Source of the DNA: Terriglobales bacterium
Lineage (GTDB): Bacteria; Acidobacteriota; Terriglobia; Terriglobales; Acidobacteriaceae
NCBI GenBank assembly: GCA_049300195.1
Contig: JBAQJF010000064.1
Coordinates: 710-64,709, forward strand
Length of the DNA: 64,000 nt
Reading direction: 5' to 3'
The position numbers were made by a program, and so were the translations under genes. The notes under the pieces were generated by a model. The model worked only from the letters and a program-made list of their open reading frames with translations. It was not told the DNA's origin and did not search any database. How positions within the stretch are numbered: the stretch's first letter is position 1; each line of letters starts with the position of its first letter. Positions 62,929 to 64,000 of the stretch are shown piece after piece.

Positions 62929-62993
62929 CGTGACCTTCATGACCTCTCATCCGGGCCCGTGACCCCGTGACCTGTGACCCGTGACCTGTGACC
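62929..62993. repeat. GTGACC short-period array (5 tight copies plus 2 loose copies)
   Basis: cGTGACCttcATGACC...GTGACCcc GTGACCt GTGACCc GTGACCt GTGACCcc. It ends 5 nt from the stop of the PfpI gene. Confidence 0.9.
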
Positions 62994-62998
62994 CCTCT

Positions 62999-63565
62999 CT
63001 ACGCCGCCCTCCTGCCCCGCCCGGTTCCTTCGGCGAATAACGCAATCATCTCGCGGTTAAACGCCGGAATATCGTCCGGCTTCCGGCTGGTCACCAGGTT
63101 CCCATCGCGCACCACTTCCTCATCCACCCACTCCGCCCCGGCATTCCGCAAATCGGTCTTCAGCGAAGGCCACGAAGCCACCCGCCGCCCGCGCACCACG
63201 CCCGCCTCAATCAGCATCCACGGAGCATGACAAATCGCCGCCACCGGCTTGCCCGCATCAAAAAACGCGCGCACAAATTTCACCGCCTCCGGCTTCATCC
63301 GCAGATGATCCGGATTCATCACCCCACCCGGCAACTGAAGCGCATCAAAATCCTCCGGCCGAGCATCCGCCAGCGCGACATCGACATCGATCTCGTCGCC
63401 CCACTCCTTCATATCCCATCCCTTAACTCTTTTTCCAGCCGGAGAAACGACCTGCGTAACCGCCCCCGCATGATCCAGCGCTTCCCGAGGCTTCAACAAT
63501 TCCACCTGCTCAAATCCGTTATCGACCAGGATTGCAATTTTCTTCCCCGCCAGATTTTCCGCCAT
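62999..63565 (-). CDS. DJ-1/PfpI-family protein (type 1 glutamine amidotransferase-like / intracellular protease)
   Basis: KKIAILVDNGFEQVEL, LQLPGG, and PVAAICHAPWML (nucleophile-elbow Cys-His). Confidence 0.9.
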   Translation of the reverse strand: MAENLAGKKIAILVDNGFEQVELLKPREALDHAGAVTQVVSPAGKRVKGWDMKEWGDEIDVDVALADARPEDFDALQLPGGVMNPDHLRMKPEAVKFVRAFFDAGKPVAAICHAPWMLIEAGVVRGRRVASWPSLKTDLRNAGAEWVDEEVVRDGNLVTSRKPDDIPAFNREMIALFAEGTGRGRRAA

Positions 63566-63685
63566 AAATTCGTCCTTTCTATATGCGATCAGTGAATCTA
63601 AGAACAGTGCCTCTAGGATGCCGAGACCCTGTGATCGGTAGGCCGAGTTCGTGAACCGAATTCGTCGTCAACGAGTTTCTCGCCC

Positions 63686-63777
63686 TTAAGCGGAGTGGGG
63701 CGACGGTGAAGCTTTTACATCCCAACTCTGTCATCCTGAGCGGAGTGAGGCGACAGCCGAACGAAGTCGAAGGACCC
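63686..63777 (+). repeat. intergenic repeat element, one partial plus one full copy
   Basis: TTAAGCGGAGTGGGGCGACGGTGAAGC (partial) and GTCATCCTGAGCGGAGTGAGGCGACAGCCGAACGAAGTCGAAGGACCC. The spurious translation VILSGVRRQPNEVEGP is typical of this kind of extragenic element. A related copy is at 2031. Confidence 0.55.
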
Positions 63778-63909
63778 CTGTACCCTCAGCCCTATTCACG
63801 ACCGTCGCAAGGCATTCTCCCGGAATCTCGCCCTCCACGCCTGCCCGCACGCGTCGCCGAACTAGATACCTCGCTCCCGCTTCAGCCAATGTAAACTTAC
63901 GCTTCAGCC

Positions 63910-64000
63910 ATGCCGCAGCTGAACCTGAAGCCGACCCACGCCCCCGTCAAGGCCTATTACGAAGCCCTAGGCCAATTCGGCCAGCTACACTTCGATCACG
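63910..64000 (+). CDS. 5' fragment of an unidentified gene (possibly a large DNA-modification/restriction-type protein)
   Basis: The ATG at 63910 stays open to the window edge: MPQLNLKPTHAPVKAYYEALGQFGQLHFDH. This N-terminus reminds me of large DNA methyltransferase/helicase-type R-M proteins, but 30 aa is not enough to decide. Confidence 0.3.
   Translation, partial: MPQLNLKPTHAPVKAYYEALGQFGQLHFDH

Noticed and set aside
1-64000. Mobile genetic elements, prophage, integrase, transposase, rRNA or tRNA genes.
   Set aside because: No ORF shows DDE/HUH transposase, tyrosine/serine recombinase or phage structural signatures. No long terminal inverted repeats or tRNA-adjacent boundaries were seen.

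Overview
GC-rich (roughly 55-60% by eye) chromosomal segment. It looks most like an Acidobacteriota (Terriglobia-like) genome: a TonB-dependent receptor with a carboxypeptidase-regulatory N-domain, many NarL/LuxR response regulators, TPR proteins and typical short intergenic repeats. This taxonomic call is an inference. I support about 60 protein-coding genes. I saw no rRNA, tRNA, CRISPR array, transposase or integrase. All domain calls come from motif recognition by eye; no searches were run.

Layout, left to right:
- purD, cut by the window edge.
- Two LuxR-type regulators flanking a 57-aa 'DWRELC' protein.
- A YciF/DUF892 stress protein.
- An ECF sigma factor, an unlisted 42-aa membrane micro-ORF and a SmtA-like metallothionein.
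- egtB-egtD (ergothioneine).
- A patatin-like lipase divergent from glpD.
- lmo0937-family and YtxH stress proteins.
- A four-gene phosphorelay: REC, MEDS histidine kinase, REC, LuxR regulator.
- CsbD and a second DWRELC protein.
- A 14.5-kb envelope-glycan locus: a MOP flippase fused to a ParB/Srx-like domain, a GH99-like hydrolase, a GtrB/ArnC-like GT2, three exported unknowns, a GT-C, a 1419-aa TPR plus beta-barrel protein and a GT4.
- Two paralogous secreted Ig/lectin-like proteins, TPR proteins, a ceruloplasmin-like multicopper oxidase and a phospholipase C/phosphoesterase.
- A Tmk-like kinase, a STAS protein, a degenerate nucleotidyltransferase and an NTP_transf_5 protein.
- DUF1328, a Crp/Fnr regulator, YflT-like and hydrophilin-like stress proteins, and a second ECF sigma factor.
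- GAF-fused GlgP.
- HtrA, BlaR1-like and BlaI-like genes.
- A TonB-dependent receptor and a PfpI/DJ-1 protein.
- A 30-codon gene fragment at the right edge.

Most noteworthy observations:
1. The same inverted repeat, AACTAA-N4-TTAGTTG, lies upstream of both blaI and htrA.
2. The glycan locus has Pel-like logic and an unusual flippase-ParB/Srx fusion.
3. The ECF sigma / micro-ORF / metallothionein genes form a tight operon.
4. A small 'DWRELC' protein family sits next to response regulators.
5. Four short-period (7-8 nt) tandem arrays each lie just after a stop codon.
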